The position numbers and the translations under genes were made by a program. The notes below the pieces were generated by a model. That model saw nothing but the letters and a program-made list of their open reading frames with translations, searched no databases and was not told the DNA's origin. From Candidatus Omnitrophota bacterium (GTDB lineage Bacteria; Omnitrophota; Gorgyraeia; Gorgyraeales; Gorgyraeaceae), in contig JAHIPS010000016.1 in assembly GCA_018902915.1 (NCBI GenBank), forward strand, positions 4,368 to 68,367: a DNA stretch of 64,000 nt, given 5' to 3'. This document shows, one piece after another, positions 43,373 through 57,500 of this stretch (its first letter is position 1; every line of letters begins with the position of its first letter).

Positions 43373-44464
43373 ATGAAGATAAAAATACTAAAAGACGAGC
43401 TAATAAGAAACATACAGAACGTGCAGAATATTATATCAAGTAAAAGCAGCCTGCCGATCTTATCAAACGTATTGATCGAATCAGAGCAAGGTAGTGTAAA
43501 ACTCACAAGCACAGATCTTGATATAGGCATATCATCCGTATTTGCATCAGAAGTAGAGGAAAGCGGCGCTATTACAGTACCGGCAAAAAGATTTAGCGAG
43601 ATAGTGAAGGAGTTGCCAGACGAGGACATTATAATAAACACAATGAAAAATAACTCCATGACGATCAAATGCGGGAAATGTTTTTTTAAGATACTGGGCC
43701 TCCCAAAGGAGGATTTTCCAAAACTGCCAGAGTTTAAGAAAGATCCGCATGTTACAATAGAGCAGAGTGTTTTAAAAAAAATGCTCACCATGACGCATTT
43801 TTCGATGTCGCGTGACGAGGCAAGGTATGTCTTGAACGGCGCGCTATTTTTATTTAAAGGAAACAAGCTTACAATAGTAACAACGGATGGAAAAAGGCTG
43901 AGTCTTGTTGAAAAAGAAGCAGGCAGGGAAGTGCCGGACATGTCCATTATAGTGCCGTCAAAGACAATACATGAGCTCAACAGGGTGTTGGAAGATGGGG
44001 GAGAGGTCAAGATCACATTCAGCGAGAACCAGGTAAAATTCGAGTCAGGAAACATCACGATCATCTCGCGTCTTATAGAGGGCGAGTTCCCAAACTACGA
44101 ACAGGTCATACCAAAAGAGGCAAAGGAAAAGATAATTGTTAACAGGGAGCAGTTTTTGTTAGGCGTGAGAAGGGCAGGGCTTTTAACAACACAGGATTCC
44201 CAGTCCATAAAGATAGACATATTGAAGAACAGGCTCATAATCTCAAAGTCAAACCCGACTGTTGGCGAGGCAAAAGAAGAGATCGATATCGCGTATAAGG
44301 GCCCTGAGATGGTAGTGGGGTTTAACCCGGGTTATTTGATAGACGCGCTAAAAGTAATACCAAAGGATGAATTAGAGATAGAGATTATGGGACCTGATAA
44401 GCCAGCAGTGATGCGGGTAGAGGGTTTTTATGTTTACCTCGTGCTTCCTATGCAGCTGGCATAG
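43373..44464 (+). CDS. dnaN: DNA polymerase III beta sliding clamp
   Basis: MKIKILKDELIRNIQNVQNIISSKSSLPILSNVLIE.. (ATG 43373 with GGGGGA SD; 43367 is an alternative); three-domain clamp length. Confidence 0.95.
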   Translation: MKIKILKDELIRNIQNVQNIISSKSSLPILSNVLIESEQGSVKLTSTDLDIGISSVFASEVEESGAITVPAKRFSEIVKELPDEDIIINTMKNNSMTIKCGKCFFKILGLPKEDFPKLPEFKKDPHVTIEQSVLKKMLTMTHFSMSRDEARYVLNGALFLFKGNKLTIVTTDGKRLSLVEKEAGREVPDMSIIVPSKTIHELNRVLEDGGEVKITFSENQVKFESGNITIISRLIEGEFPNYEQVIPKEAKEKIIVNREQFLLGVRRAGLLTTQDSQSIKIDILKNRLIISKSNPTVGEAKEEIDIAYKGPEMVVGFNPGYLIDALKVIPKDELEIEIMGPDKPAVMRVEGFYVYLVLPMQLA

Positions 44465-44473
44465 GTAACTATT

Positions 44474-44785
44474 GTGAGACGCAAGGCAAAGAAGCCAGAA
44501 GACATAAGGGATGTAGTCAGTAAGGTAATAGGCAAGATCGAAAAGCAGGGCCCTGGCAAGAAAGAAAAGATAGTAGCTGGCTGGAAAAAGGCAGCAGGGG
44601 AAAAGGCGGCCAGTCATTCGCGGCCAGTAAGCATACGGCAAAAGGTTTTGACAATAGAGGTAGATTCATCTACCTGGTTCTACGCGCTCAATTTAAAAAG
44701 GGCCAGCATATTAAAGGACATAAGGAAGGAATTAAGCGAGTACAGGGTAGAAGATATTCGCTTCCGCATGGGCGAGGCTGCTTAA
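44474..44785 (+). CDS. DUF721 (DciA-like) protein
   Basis: 103 aa, GTG start. ..WKKAAGEKAASHSRPVSIRQKVLTIEVDSSTWFYALNLKRASIL.. in the canonical position between dnaN and gyrB. Confidence 0.75.
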   Translation: MRRKAKKPEDIRDVVSKVIGKIEKQGPGKKEKIVAGWKKAAGEKAASHSRPVSIRQKVLTIEVDSSTWFYALNLKRASILKDIRKELSEYRVEDIRFRMGEAA

Positions 44786-48814
<4,029 letters not shown>

Positions 48815-48816
48815 TT

Positions 48817-51800
48817 ATGTACACGCAGAACGAAAAACTGATCCCGGTTTACATCGAAGACGAGATGAAGAATTCCTACCTCACTTACGCCATGAGCGTA
48901 ATCGTAGGAAGGGCCCTGCCTGATATCCGCGACGGTCTGAAGCCGGTCCACAGGCGCATTCTTTACGCGATGATGGATCTGGGCCTGGAGCACAATAAGC
49001 CGTATAAGAAAAGTGCTCGCATAGTTGGAGAATGTTTTGTTAGAGACACGCTTGTGTTAACCGAAAAGGGTTTGATTCCTATCCAAAATATTAGACGAGG
49101 AGACAGGGTGTTTACGCAACATAGCTTAAACCCTGTTACGCAGTTATATGAGATGCCAAAGAGAGAGCTTTTAAAAATTAGGCTTGACAATGGAACTCAC
49201 AATACAGTTACGCCTTCACAGAAATTTAAGGTGCTAGATAAAAATTTAGAATTTATTTGGAAAGAGGCAAAAGAATTAACCAGAGAAGATTATATTGTTA
49301 CAAGAGCTCATTATCCTGAAATTAAGGGTCCAGCGAAGCTGAACAAAAGCGTTGATATAAAAAAGCACCCTACTTATCTTAATGAAAATATAGCGTATGT
49401 GTTAGGTTTTTTGTTGTCAGATGGATCTGTGGAAAAATCTAACGGAAGACAGCGCAACAGGATGCGTTTTGATTCTTGCAGCGAAAGTATTTTAGAAAAA
49501 GTACGTTCAATTTTCAAACAAGAGTTTGATTATGAACCAAAGATTGAGGTGAAAGCATCTAGAGGCGTCACAAAGCACGGGAAGCCACTTAAAAAGATGT
49601 ATTCTATAAGGATCAACAGGAATCATATCAACAATTTCTTTATGTTAAATTTTAATCTCGAAGGCTGCAAAGCAAAGACTAAAGAAATCCCGCAGCAGCT
49701 ATATGTGTCCCCAAAGGAAGTAATATTTGCTTTTGTTTCCGGGTTAGTCGAAGGCGATGGTTCTATCCATCGCAGGAGAAACGTCATACATTATGGTTCG
49801 ATTTCCGAACAACTTATAGATGGGTTGCTAATACTTTTACAACATCAGGGTATTTTTGGTAGGAAATATAAGGCGAAGAAGACAAATTCTAGTTTTGTTT
49901 TAGGAAGGAAGGTCAAAGGCAAGGAAACATTTTATTCTTTAGAATTTAAAGGGTCTAACGCACTGTTGTTGGTCTCCAAAATTAACTGTGTTCAGGCGCT
50001 GAAACAGAGCAGGTTATTTGGTATATCTCTTAAACGGACGATTCCTTCAAGGCATGACCTTATTCCTTATGCAGGGGCTAATGTTTTTGCTGAATTGAGC
50101 ACAAGGCATATTGGGAGTGGCTGGTATCAAGATCTAAGCGGTGATAAATTCGGAAAGATAGGCCCGCCTCTTTCTACTTTTGTTGATGGCATAGTGGAGA
50201 ATAAAATTTATTTTTCAAAAATCGCTTCTATAGAAAAAGCTACGTCGCAGGAGACTTTCGACATACAAGTCGAAGGCGAGCACGAGTTTATTGCTAATGG
50301 CATGGTCTCTCATAATTGTCTTGGCAAATATCATCCGCACGGCGATACCGCTGTCTATGATTCGCTTGTCAGGATGGTGCAGAATTTTTCATTGAGGTAC
50401 CCTCTTATCGACGGTCAAGGCAATTTTGGCAGCGTCGACGGAGACGCTGCGGCTGCCATGAGATACTGCGTCGGCGGCGACTCTTTGATTGTGACAGAAA
50501 AAGGACTGCAAAGAATAGAGAAAATTCCGCATTATTCGAAAGTTTCTTTTAAGGCATTGTCAGCAAACAATAAAATAAATCATGTCTCAGAATGGTTTGA
50601 TTCGGGGGAACATCCGACAAAAACAATCAATACCTATAGAGGGTTTAGTTTATGCGGAAGCCTTAATCACCCTGTGCTGATTTGGCAAAAAGGGGGCGGC
50701 ACGAAGCCGCAGTTTAAATGGAAGTTACTGGACAAGATCAAAAAGGGTGATTATGCTGTAATTAGTAGAAATACTTCGCTGTTCCCTAAAAAAGAACCTT
50801 TTTTAATACCGTATCATCCGGAACTCAAAGGGGCTAGAAGAAACCACAGGCTTCCCGCCTTCATGAGCAAAGACCTTGCTTTTATTTTAGGAGCGGTGGT
50901 TTCAGAGGGTAATATTGATAAAAAGAAAATCGGTTTTTGTAATAACGACGATGTTTTTCTCAGAAAATTTAAAGAGAGTTTTAGAAAAGTATTCCCGGAT
51001 TGCAGGCTTCACGAATTTGTTAGAAAGCCGGTAGGGTATACAAAGAAGAATTATACTTCTTTAGAGATTCATTCACGCCATATTGTAGAATTCCTGAGCA
51101 ATCTTGGCCTTAAAGCAGGCACGGCAAAAGATAGAGCCGTGCCAGAAATTATATTTTCCTCGTCAAAGACATCAATAGCTTCTTTTCTGAGAGGATATGC
51201 GGAGGGGGATGGCAGCGTATACATGTCTTCTTCCTTGAAGAATATAGAAATTGTTTTTATATCGGTCAGCAAAAGGTTAATGCAAGAACTACAGATTTTA
51301 TTATTGAGGTTCGGGATAGATTCTTCCTATAGATGGCAAAGGACAAGAAATATTTTTAAATTATTTATACACGGACACAACAATCTCAATTTATTCAAAG
51401 ATCAGATAGGTTTTCTTACAAAACGAAAGCGTAATAAGCTAAGAGAAATTTGCGGTAGAAACAAAAGCGGCTGGGTTATGTCAAAGACAGATTTTGTGCC
51501 GTATGTTTCCGATTATATTAGAAGCAATGGTTACACAGGACACAGAGAGTGGCTTAGAAAACATAATATTGATAGATATACAAAGATAGAGAAATGCTGG
51601 GGAACTTTGAAGAAAATACTAAACAAAGAAGATAGGCAGTTGTATCAAATGTTAAAGAAAAATAAATATATTTTTGATCCCGTTATGTCTATAGAAGATA
51701 CAGGGCTGCAAAGGGTTTATTCCATAAAAGTAGATAGCCCCTGTCATTCATTTATATCGAACGGATTTATAAGTCACAATACAGAAGCGCGCATGGCTGC

Positions 51801-53844
51801 CATAGCAGATGAACTGCTCGAGGATATAGACAAGGATACAGTAGATTTTGTACCGAACTTTGACGAGTCTTTAGAAGAACCCAGCGTTTTACCGGCAAGA
51901 CTCCCTAATCTTTTAGTAAACGGCTCGAGCGGCATAGCAGTGGGCATGGCGACAAACATCCCGCCCCACAATCTTACCGAGATAGTGGACGCAGTAGTAA
52001 AGGTGATCTCTGAGCCAGATGTGTCCATAAAGGATCTGATGAAGATAGTAAAGGGCCCGGATTTCCCAACAGGCGGGATCATCTGCGGCAGGGACGGTAT
52101 AAAATCAGCGCATGAAACAGGAAGGGGCAAGCTAAGGCTTCACGCAAAGGCGGCTATAGAGCAGCAAAAAGGCAATAAAGAATCCATTGTCATAACAGAA
52201 ATCCCCTACCAGGTAAATAAATCAAAGCTCATAGAAAATATTGCTGACCTTGTGCAGGATAAAAAACTCGAGGGCATCTCTGACATAAGGGACGAGTCTG
52301 ACAAAGAAGGTATGAGGGTTGTCATAGACTTAAAGCGCGACCAGAACGCCCAGATCATCCTGAACCAGCTCTACAAGCGCACGCAGATGGAGACAACGTT
52401 TGGCGTGATCATGCTCGCGCTCGTCGACGGCAAACCAAGAGTTTTAAACCTAAAAGAGATTCTCGAAGAATATATAAAACATCGTCAGATCATAGTAAGG
52501 CGAAGGACCCAGTTTGAATTAAACAAGGCAGAAAAACGCGCGCATATCTTAGAAGGCCTTAAGATAGCCGTAGACCAGATAAACAAGATCATAAAGACGA
52601 TCAGAGAGTCAAAGGATGCCAAGGTCGCAAAAGACAGGTTAATGGAAAACTTTGACCTCTCGGATGTTCAGGCGCAGGCGATCTTAGAGATGCAGCTGCA
52701 GCGCCTGACAGCGCTTGAGAGGGACAAGATCGAAAAGGAATACCTGGAGCTTATAAAAAAGATCGAGATGTTAAATGCGATTTTAAAAAGCGAGAAAAAG
52801 ATTTTGGAGATCGTGAAAAACGAGGCGCTGGAATTAAAAAAAGTTTACGGCGACGAGCGAAAGACAGAGATAGTGGCAAAGGTCGAGGACATAGATATAG
52901 AGGACCTAATAGCAGAAGAAGACATGGTAATCACAATAAGCCACGCCGGTTACATAAAGAGGCTGCCCATAGGTTCTTATCGTAGCCAAAAAAGAGGGGG
53001 CGTGGGCGTAACAGGCATTGACATGAAGGACGAGGATTTTGTGGAGCACTTGTTTGTCGCATCCACGCACGAGCACATACTTGTTTTTACAAACACAGGC
53101 AAGGTCTTCTGGTTAAAAGTCTACGAGATACCTCAGGCGAGCCGCGCAGCCAGGGGTAAAGCGATAGTGAATCTTTTGCAGCTTGGCCAGGGCGAGCAGG
53201 TCTCTGCGTGCGTGAGGGTAAAGGAGTTTGAGGAAGGAAAATTTCTCGTGATGGCGACCAAGAACGGTTTGATCAAAAAGACAGATCTTATGGCGTATTC
53301 AAACCCGAGAAAAGGCGGCATAATCGGCATAACAATAGAAAAAGGCGACGAGCTTATAGAAGTAAAGTGGACTGACGGAAAGCAGGAGATGATCCTTGCG
53401 ACAAACCAGGGCAAGGCCATTAGATTTGCGGAGTCACAGGTAAGGAATATGGGAAGAGGCGCAAAAGGTGTAAAAGGAATCCGCCTTGGCAAAAAGGATC
53501 TGGTAATCGCGATGGAGCTCGCGAGAAAAGACGCCACGATCCTCACAGTTACATCACAGGGCTTTGCGAAGCGCACGCTTGTTGAACAATATAGAAAACA
53601 ATCCCGCGGCGGTAAAGGTATAAAGAACGTAAGTGTTACAAATAAGAACGGCGAGGCAGTGGGCCTGAGGATAGTAAATGACAAAGATGAACTCATGGTC
53701 ATGACAGAAAAAGGCATGGTCGTCCGCTGCCCGGTAAAAGATATACGCGCCACTGGAAGAGCAGCCCAGGGCGTCCGCATCATAAAACTCGACTCAGGCG
53801 ACAAGGTCTCTGCGATCGCCCGCGTCATACCTGAGGAAGAATAG
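48817..53844 (+). CDS. gyrA: DNA gyrase subunit A, interrupted by two inteins
   Basis: 1675 aa; ..[10 protein letters not shown]/[428 aa]/[29 protein letters not shown]/[438 aa]/TEARMAAIA.. then tower, coiled-coil and beta-pinwheel CTD. 809 aa spliced. Confidence 0.96.
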   Translation: MYTQNEKLIPVYIEDEMKNSYLTYAMSVIVGRALPDIRDGLKPVHRRILYAMMDLGLEHNKPYKKSARIVGECFVRDTLVLTEKGLIPIQNIRRGDRVFTQHSLNPVTQLYEMPKRELLKIRLDNGTHNTVTPSQKFKVLDKNLEFIWKEAKELTREDYIVTRAHYPEIKGPAKLNKSVDIKKHPTYLNENIAYVLGFLLSDGSVEKSNGRQRNRMRFDSCSESILEKVRSIFKQEFDYEPKIEVKASRGVTKHGKPLKKMYSIRINRNHINNFFMLNFNLEGCKAKTKEIPQQLYVSPKEVIFAFVSGLVEGDGSIHRRRNVIHYGSISEQLIDGLLILLQHQGIFGRKYKAKKTNSSFVLGRKVKGKETFYSLEFKGSNALLLVSKINCVQALKQSRLFGISLKRTIPSRHDLIPYAGANVFAELSTRHIGSGWYQDLSGDKFGKIGPPLSTFVDGIVENKIYFSKIASIEKATSQETFDIQVEGEHEFIANGMVSHNCLGKYHPHGDTAVYDSLVRMVQNFSLRYPLIDGQGNFGSVDGDAAAAMRYCVGGDSLIVTEKGLQRIEKIPHYSKVSFKALSANNKINHVSEWFDSGEHPTKTINTYRGFSLCGSLNHPVLIWQKGGGTKPQFKWKLLDKIKKGDYAVISRNTSLFPKKEPFLIPYHPELKGARRNHRLPAFMSKDLAFILGAVVSEGNIDKKKIGFCNNDDVFLRKFKESFRKVFPDCRLHEFVRKPVGYTKKNYTSLEIHSRHIVEFLSNLGLKAGTAKDRAVPEIIFSSSKTSIASFLRGYAEGDGSVYMSSSLKNIEIVFISVSKRLMQELQILLLRFGIDSSYRWQRTRNIFKLFIHGHNNLNLFKDQIGFLTKRKRNKLREICGRNKSGWVMSKTDFVPYVSDYIRSNGYTGHREWLRKHNIDRYTKIEKCWGTLKKILNKEDRQLYQMLKKNKYIFDPVMSIEDTGLQRVYSIKVDSPCHSFISNGFISHNTEARMAAIADELLEDIDKDTVDFVPNFDESLEEPSVLPARLPNLLVNGSSGIAVGMATNIPPHNLTEIVDAVVKVISEPDVSIKDLMKIVKGPDFPTGGIICGRDGIKSAHETGRGKLRLHAKAAIEQQKGNKESIVITEIPYQVNKSKLIENIADLVQDKKLEGISDIRDESDKEGMRVVIDLKRDQNAQIILNQLYKRTQMETTFGVIMLALVDGKPRVLNLKEILEEYIKHRQIIVRRRTQFELNKAEKRAHILEGLKIAVDQINKIIKTIRESKDAKVAKDRLMENFDLSDVQAQAILEMQLQRLTALERDKIEKEYLELIKKIEMLNAILKSEKKILEIVKNEALELKKVYGDERKTEIVAKVEDIDIEDLIAEEDMVITISHAGYIKRLPIGSYRSQKRGGVGVTGIDMKDEDFVEHLFVASTHEHILVFTNTGKVFWLKVYEIPQASRAARGKAIVNLLQLGQGEQVSACVRVKEFEEGKFLVMATKNGLIKKTDLMAYSNPRKGGIIGITIEKGDELIEVKWTDGKQEMILATNQGKAIRFAESQVRNMGRGAKGVKGIRLGKKDLVIAMELARKDATILTVTSQGFAKRTLVEQYRKQSRGGKGIKNVSVTNKNGEAVGLRIVNDKDELMVMTEKGMVVRCPVKDIRATGRAAQGVRIIKLDSGDKVSAIARVIPEEE
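49033..50316 (+). mobile_element. GyrA intein 1 (428 aa, LAGLIDADG) inserted in the QRDR-equivalent segment
   Basis: [13 protein letters not shown] (TGT 49033) ... [10 protein letters not shown] (AAT 50314-16) + Cys+1. [14 protein letters not shown] and [14 protein letters not shown]. Insertion after the residue equivalent to E. coli D72. Confidence 0.9.
50467..51780 (+). mobile_element. GyrA intein 2 (438 aa, LAGLIDADG) at the classic post-catalytic-Tyr site
   Basis: [16 protein letters not shown] (TGC 50467) ... [11 protein letters not shown] (AAT 51778-80)/[18 protein letters not shown] and [14 protein letters not shown]. Blocks FDSGEHP.., [10 protein letters not shown] and [19 protein letters not shown] resemble the Mxe GyrA mini-intein as I recall it. 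Confidence 0.9.
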
Positions 53845-53850
53845 CCACAC

Positions 53851-53928
53851 GTCCCCATCGTCTAGTCTGGCCTAGGACATCAGATTTTCGATCTGACGAC
53901 ACCGGTTCGAATCCGGTTGGGGACGCCA
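53851..53928 (+). tRNA. tRNA-Glu (UUC), CCA encoded
   Basis: GTCCCCATCGTCTAGTCTGGCCTAGGACATCAGATTTTCGATCTGACGACACCGGTTCGAATCCGGTTGGGGACGCCA; anticodon loop TTTTCGA. Confidence 0.95.
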
Positions 53929-53986
53929 TCAATTCGGACACACCTGGACAGCGCTTCTTTATCATCTTATCTTCAATGATTATATA

Positions 53987-54184
53987 TGGACAGAAGTTAC
54001 GCTTCTAAAAGAGACTTCAAAAGCCATTTTAATAGAGTTTGATTATAGAAGAGCATGGTTGCCGAAGGCATGGATTTTGAGAATTAAGCGAGGCAAAGAC
54101 AAATCTTGTCATCGCGAGCCCCAAAAGGGTGAAGCAACCTCTATTAAAATATCCGAATATTACTGGACCAAGAAATTCCAATAA
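53987..54184 (+). pseudogene. small phage-like ORF lacking an in-frame canonical start
   Basis: Frame reads WTEVTLLKETSKAILIEFDYRRAWLPKAWILRIKRG..YYWTKKFQ*. The only nearby ATG (53986) is offset by one base (ATGG), suggesting a 1-nt indel or a non-canonical start. Confidence 0.35.
54107..54141. repeat. short hairpin element family 3, copy 1
   Basis: tGTCATcGCGAG-ccccaaaaggg-tGAAGCAAcc; same flanks as the copy at 60168. Confidence 0.6.
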
Positions 54185-54333
54185 AACCCTCTACAATCTA
54201 CAAGTGGGCCCATTATCATTATATGCCATGTGTTAAAATCGGCAATCGCATAAGATTCAAGGAGCAAAAGGTAGAAGAATGGCTCAAAAAGAGAGAAAGA
54301 AAAGGAAGAAATGCCTATAAAATGTCCCCATGA
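54148..54333 (+). pseudogene. excisionase/AlpA-type HTH remnant
   Basis: ..IPIKPSTIYKWAHYHYMPCVKIGNRIRFKEQKVEEWLKKRE.. resembles HTH_17 excisionase-family proteins. There is no ATG/GTG/TTG before the helix-turn-helix, and the first ATG (54223) would remove it. Confidence 0.4.
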
Positions 54334-54556
54334 AAACTCTTCCAGAACCCCCTATTCTGTGATATACTATATATAGAATATACATGTCTGCCAAATTAGG
54401 CCTTAGGGATTAAGGAGAGGTTGTTTTTTTACGTGCATTTTTGCTGGCATTAAAAAAGTATTAAGTTTCTTTTTATTGCCGCTATTTCTTTTTATTGATC
54501 TAATCTACTCCGCAAGGTAACTAGTTGAGTCAAAAAACCTGTTGCCTAGTCAAATT

Positions 54557-57500
54557 ATGTTAAAGTTCAAAAAGCATAATAAATTTAAAATCGCATCTCT
54601 GTCTTTTATAGCAAGCGCTAGCTTGTTATTTACCAATGCGTTATGCTCCTATCCTGCTCCTGAAGATCTTTTAAGAATGCCCGCAGGAGACGAGGAGACT
54701 TATCAACGTCTCCTGCATGGACAAATGAACAATCCTCATTTGTCAGCTAATAAATCTAAAGATTTAACTCGGGAATCAGAAACTATTAGAAAGATTGGGT
54801 TAGATCTTGCGCTTATCCAGCGTATGAAAAGCAAACAACGCAATTCCTTAATAGCTGCTTTTGAAAAAGCTGAAAGAGCAAGTAAGGATTCCTCGGACAA
54901 CGAACTAACCGAAGAGGATATAGAGTTTTTCAAGGTTTATGGTGAATTATTCAATGAGGAATATTTCGAGAAAGGAACTATTTCTTCGTACAAGAATTAT
55001 GGTACATTTCCTGGACTTATTGAGCCTCGCATCGAGACAATCATCAAGGAGCTAGGACTTAAAGCTGGGGATAGAGTTCTAGATGTTGGCTGCGGTAATG
55101 GAGACTATGTAAAACTGTTAAGATTGAGTGGAATTGACGCTAAAGGAATAGAGATCTCAACTTACGTCTTAGGAAAAGCAGATAAAGATACCAGAAAACA
55201 TTTATTTCTATTAGATCAATTGGATTTGTTCGATGAGTTCGAATCAAAAAGCTTTGATTTGATCCTGTTAAAAGATATATTAGAACATATACCAGAAGAA
55301 GTTCTTCCACGTTTTTTGTCTACCATAAAGAAGCTGGGAAAAAAAGCACTTATTACTGTGCCTCTTGCAGATAATGAGGGCAGATTCTTAAACCCGGATG
55401 ACAACCAGGACTTAACGCATGTAGTTAGGAGAGGAAGGAACTGGTGGCTTGAGTCTTTAAATTCAGATTGCGAAGATACGGATAATATAAATTTAGCATT
55501 TAAGAAAGAGAAGGCCGATGGAACACTTTGCGTAATTGCGTCTTTGGAAAGCAAGGAATCTATTGACAGAGGCGCAGATAGTACGTTATTCAACACTACC
55601 GGACCTATAAAAATAGCTTTAATGGGAACTGCAATGATAAGAGCAGAACCCATAAAGAAAAGCGACTATTATAAAAGCAAGATCCAGAAAAAGTTTTTGG
55701 AACCACCGATTGGCGTATATAGATTGCAACATTTTCTGCAGGAAATGTTTGCAGATCAAATAGAAGAAGGCAAACTAATCATAGATGTGTTTGATCCCAG
55801 TTTTCTCTCTGCAACAGATAGCCTCCCATCATTTTTTTCTAAAGTGCGGTCCGAAGGATATCATGTTATCGGATTCAGTCCGATAAGGGTCCTTTTAGGA
55901 GAAGACCTCTTTTTTATGAGCAGAGTTTATAAAGAAGCTCTTGGCTCTGGTGTCCGCCCTTTATTTATTTCTGGAGGAAACGAAGCCTCAATTAATAGTC
56001 AGGTTTTATTCGATACGATGCCATGGATGGATTTTTGCATATACGGCCTTGGAGAGCCTGTTTTACAGAACATTCTCAACGAAGTATTTAGTAGTCCTGC
56101 GAAACAGTTTACAAGGAAAAATTTTTATAATGTGCCAGGACTTATCTATTATAAAGACTCCAAATTATTTCGGAATCCTTACAAGGCTTCTCATGAAGAA
56201 ATTAAACACCTTTCAAACTACACCCCATTAAACATACCTTACCAGGATTATTGGGCTCTTGCCAACACTAGTGTTGGCAAGATAAAAGGACTCAGGCATA
56301 CTAACGTGATAAGAATATTTATGAGTAACTATTGTCCTTATAACTGCGCCTTTTGTAGTGACCATGCTATTGGTAGGGCAGTTTTTGGTAGAGATATAGC
56401 TCCTGTAACTGCAGCGGAGTTTGGGACCATTATCAAAACGCTCTATCAAAAAAAAGGGGTGGAAGGCATATATTTCAATGATGATGACATGTTTGTTGAT
56501 AGAAAAAGGGCTCGTGAGACTCTAAAAGAAATTATCAGAATGAAAGAAAATGGAGAAATCCCTGCTAATATGAAATTTTATGGTCAAACGCGAGTAGACA
56601 GAATTACCGAAGAATTATTAGATTTGGCGAGAAAAGCGAGATTTGTTTATCTGGGTTTTGGCGTTGAATCTTTTTCTGACGAAAGCTTGTCTGCTCCAGA
56701 TATGAACAAAGGATACAAGGCTAAGATAGCTTTTGATAATGTAAAGCGTTCCCTAGAAAAAAGAATCCCTATTACTAATATTAATTTACTATTGTTTCAC
56801 CCTACTATATCAAGAGCATCTTTTATTACAACAACTGAAAAAACAGTAGAACTATTGCATGAATCATCGAAGCATCGGGCGAAACTGTCGGTAAACAGTT
56901 TTCCTGTTATTGAATCATATGTAGGCGCTCCAATAAATGAACTAGCAAAAGCTAAGGGTTGGCCACTAGAAAAAGAAAGCATAACCCATAATGGGAAAAC
57001 ATGGGAATATACTGTAAATTATCTCCCTGTCGATAAAGAAATGCGAAGTGTGGTTGAAAATCAAAGACTGCTAAAAGAGTTCCAGGGTGTAATGAAAAGA
57101 CTTGCCGAAGACAAAAGATGGCCGGGGACAACTGTATCTAGGAGCATAGGAGTAAATGGCTTGGCAATGTTTATGGCTGCTTATAGGATTCTAGGCATCA
57201 ATAACAGAGAATCATCTGTATCTATAGAGGATATGGAAGAGTTGATATGGAAATTAATCGAGACATTCCACTATGTAGAAGAAACTGCTAAGATTCTTTC
57301 AACTCAGAATGCAAACATTGTATTTACACAGTATAACCAAAAATTTATCTTCCGCAGAGGTTCAATGCCTTTGTCAGAAATCCCTTCTTTTGTAACTGCA
57401 GCTCTAGGTGAAAAATGCCCCAGAGAAACATTGATTTCTTTTAGGAATGCAAATTATTTAGATATCGAGCAAGCCTTACAGGGGGTTCTTTCTGGAGAGG

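Noticed and set aside
43240-44064. 274-aa minus-strand ORF
   Set aside because: It is antisense to dnaN, has Ser/Phe/Ile-rich low-complexity translation and no motifs. It looks like a shadow ORF of an AT-rich gene.
53133-53858. 241-aa minus-strand ORF
   Set aside because: It is antisense to the gyrA C-terminal domain and runs into tRNA-Glu. It is a shadow ORF.
54334-54556. Cobalamin or SAM riboswitch upstream of the B12-type radical SAM gene
   Set aside because: There is no B12-box (GCCACUG-like) and no SAM-I/II conserved core that I could recognise. A cmscan would be needed to be definitive.
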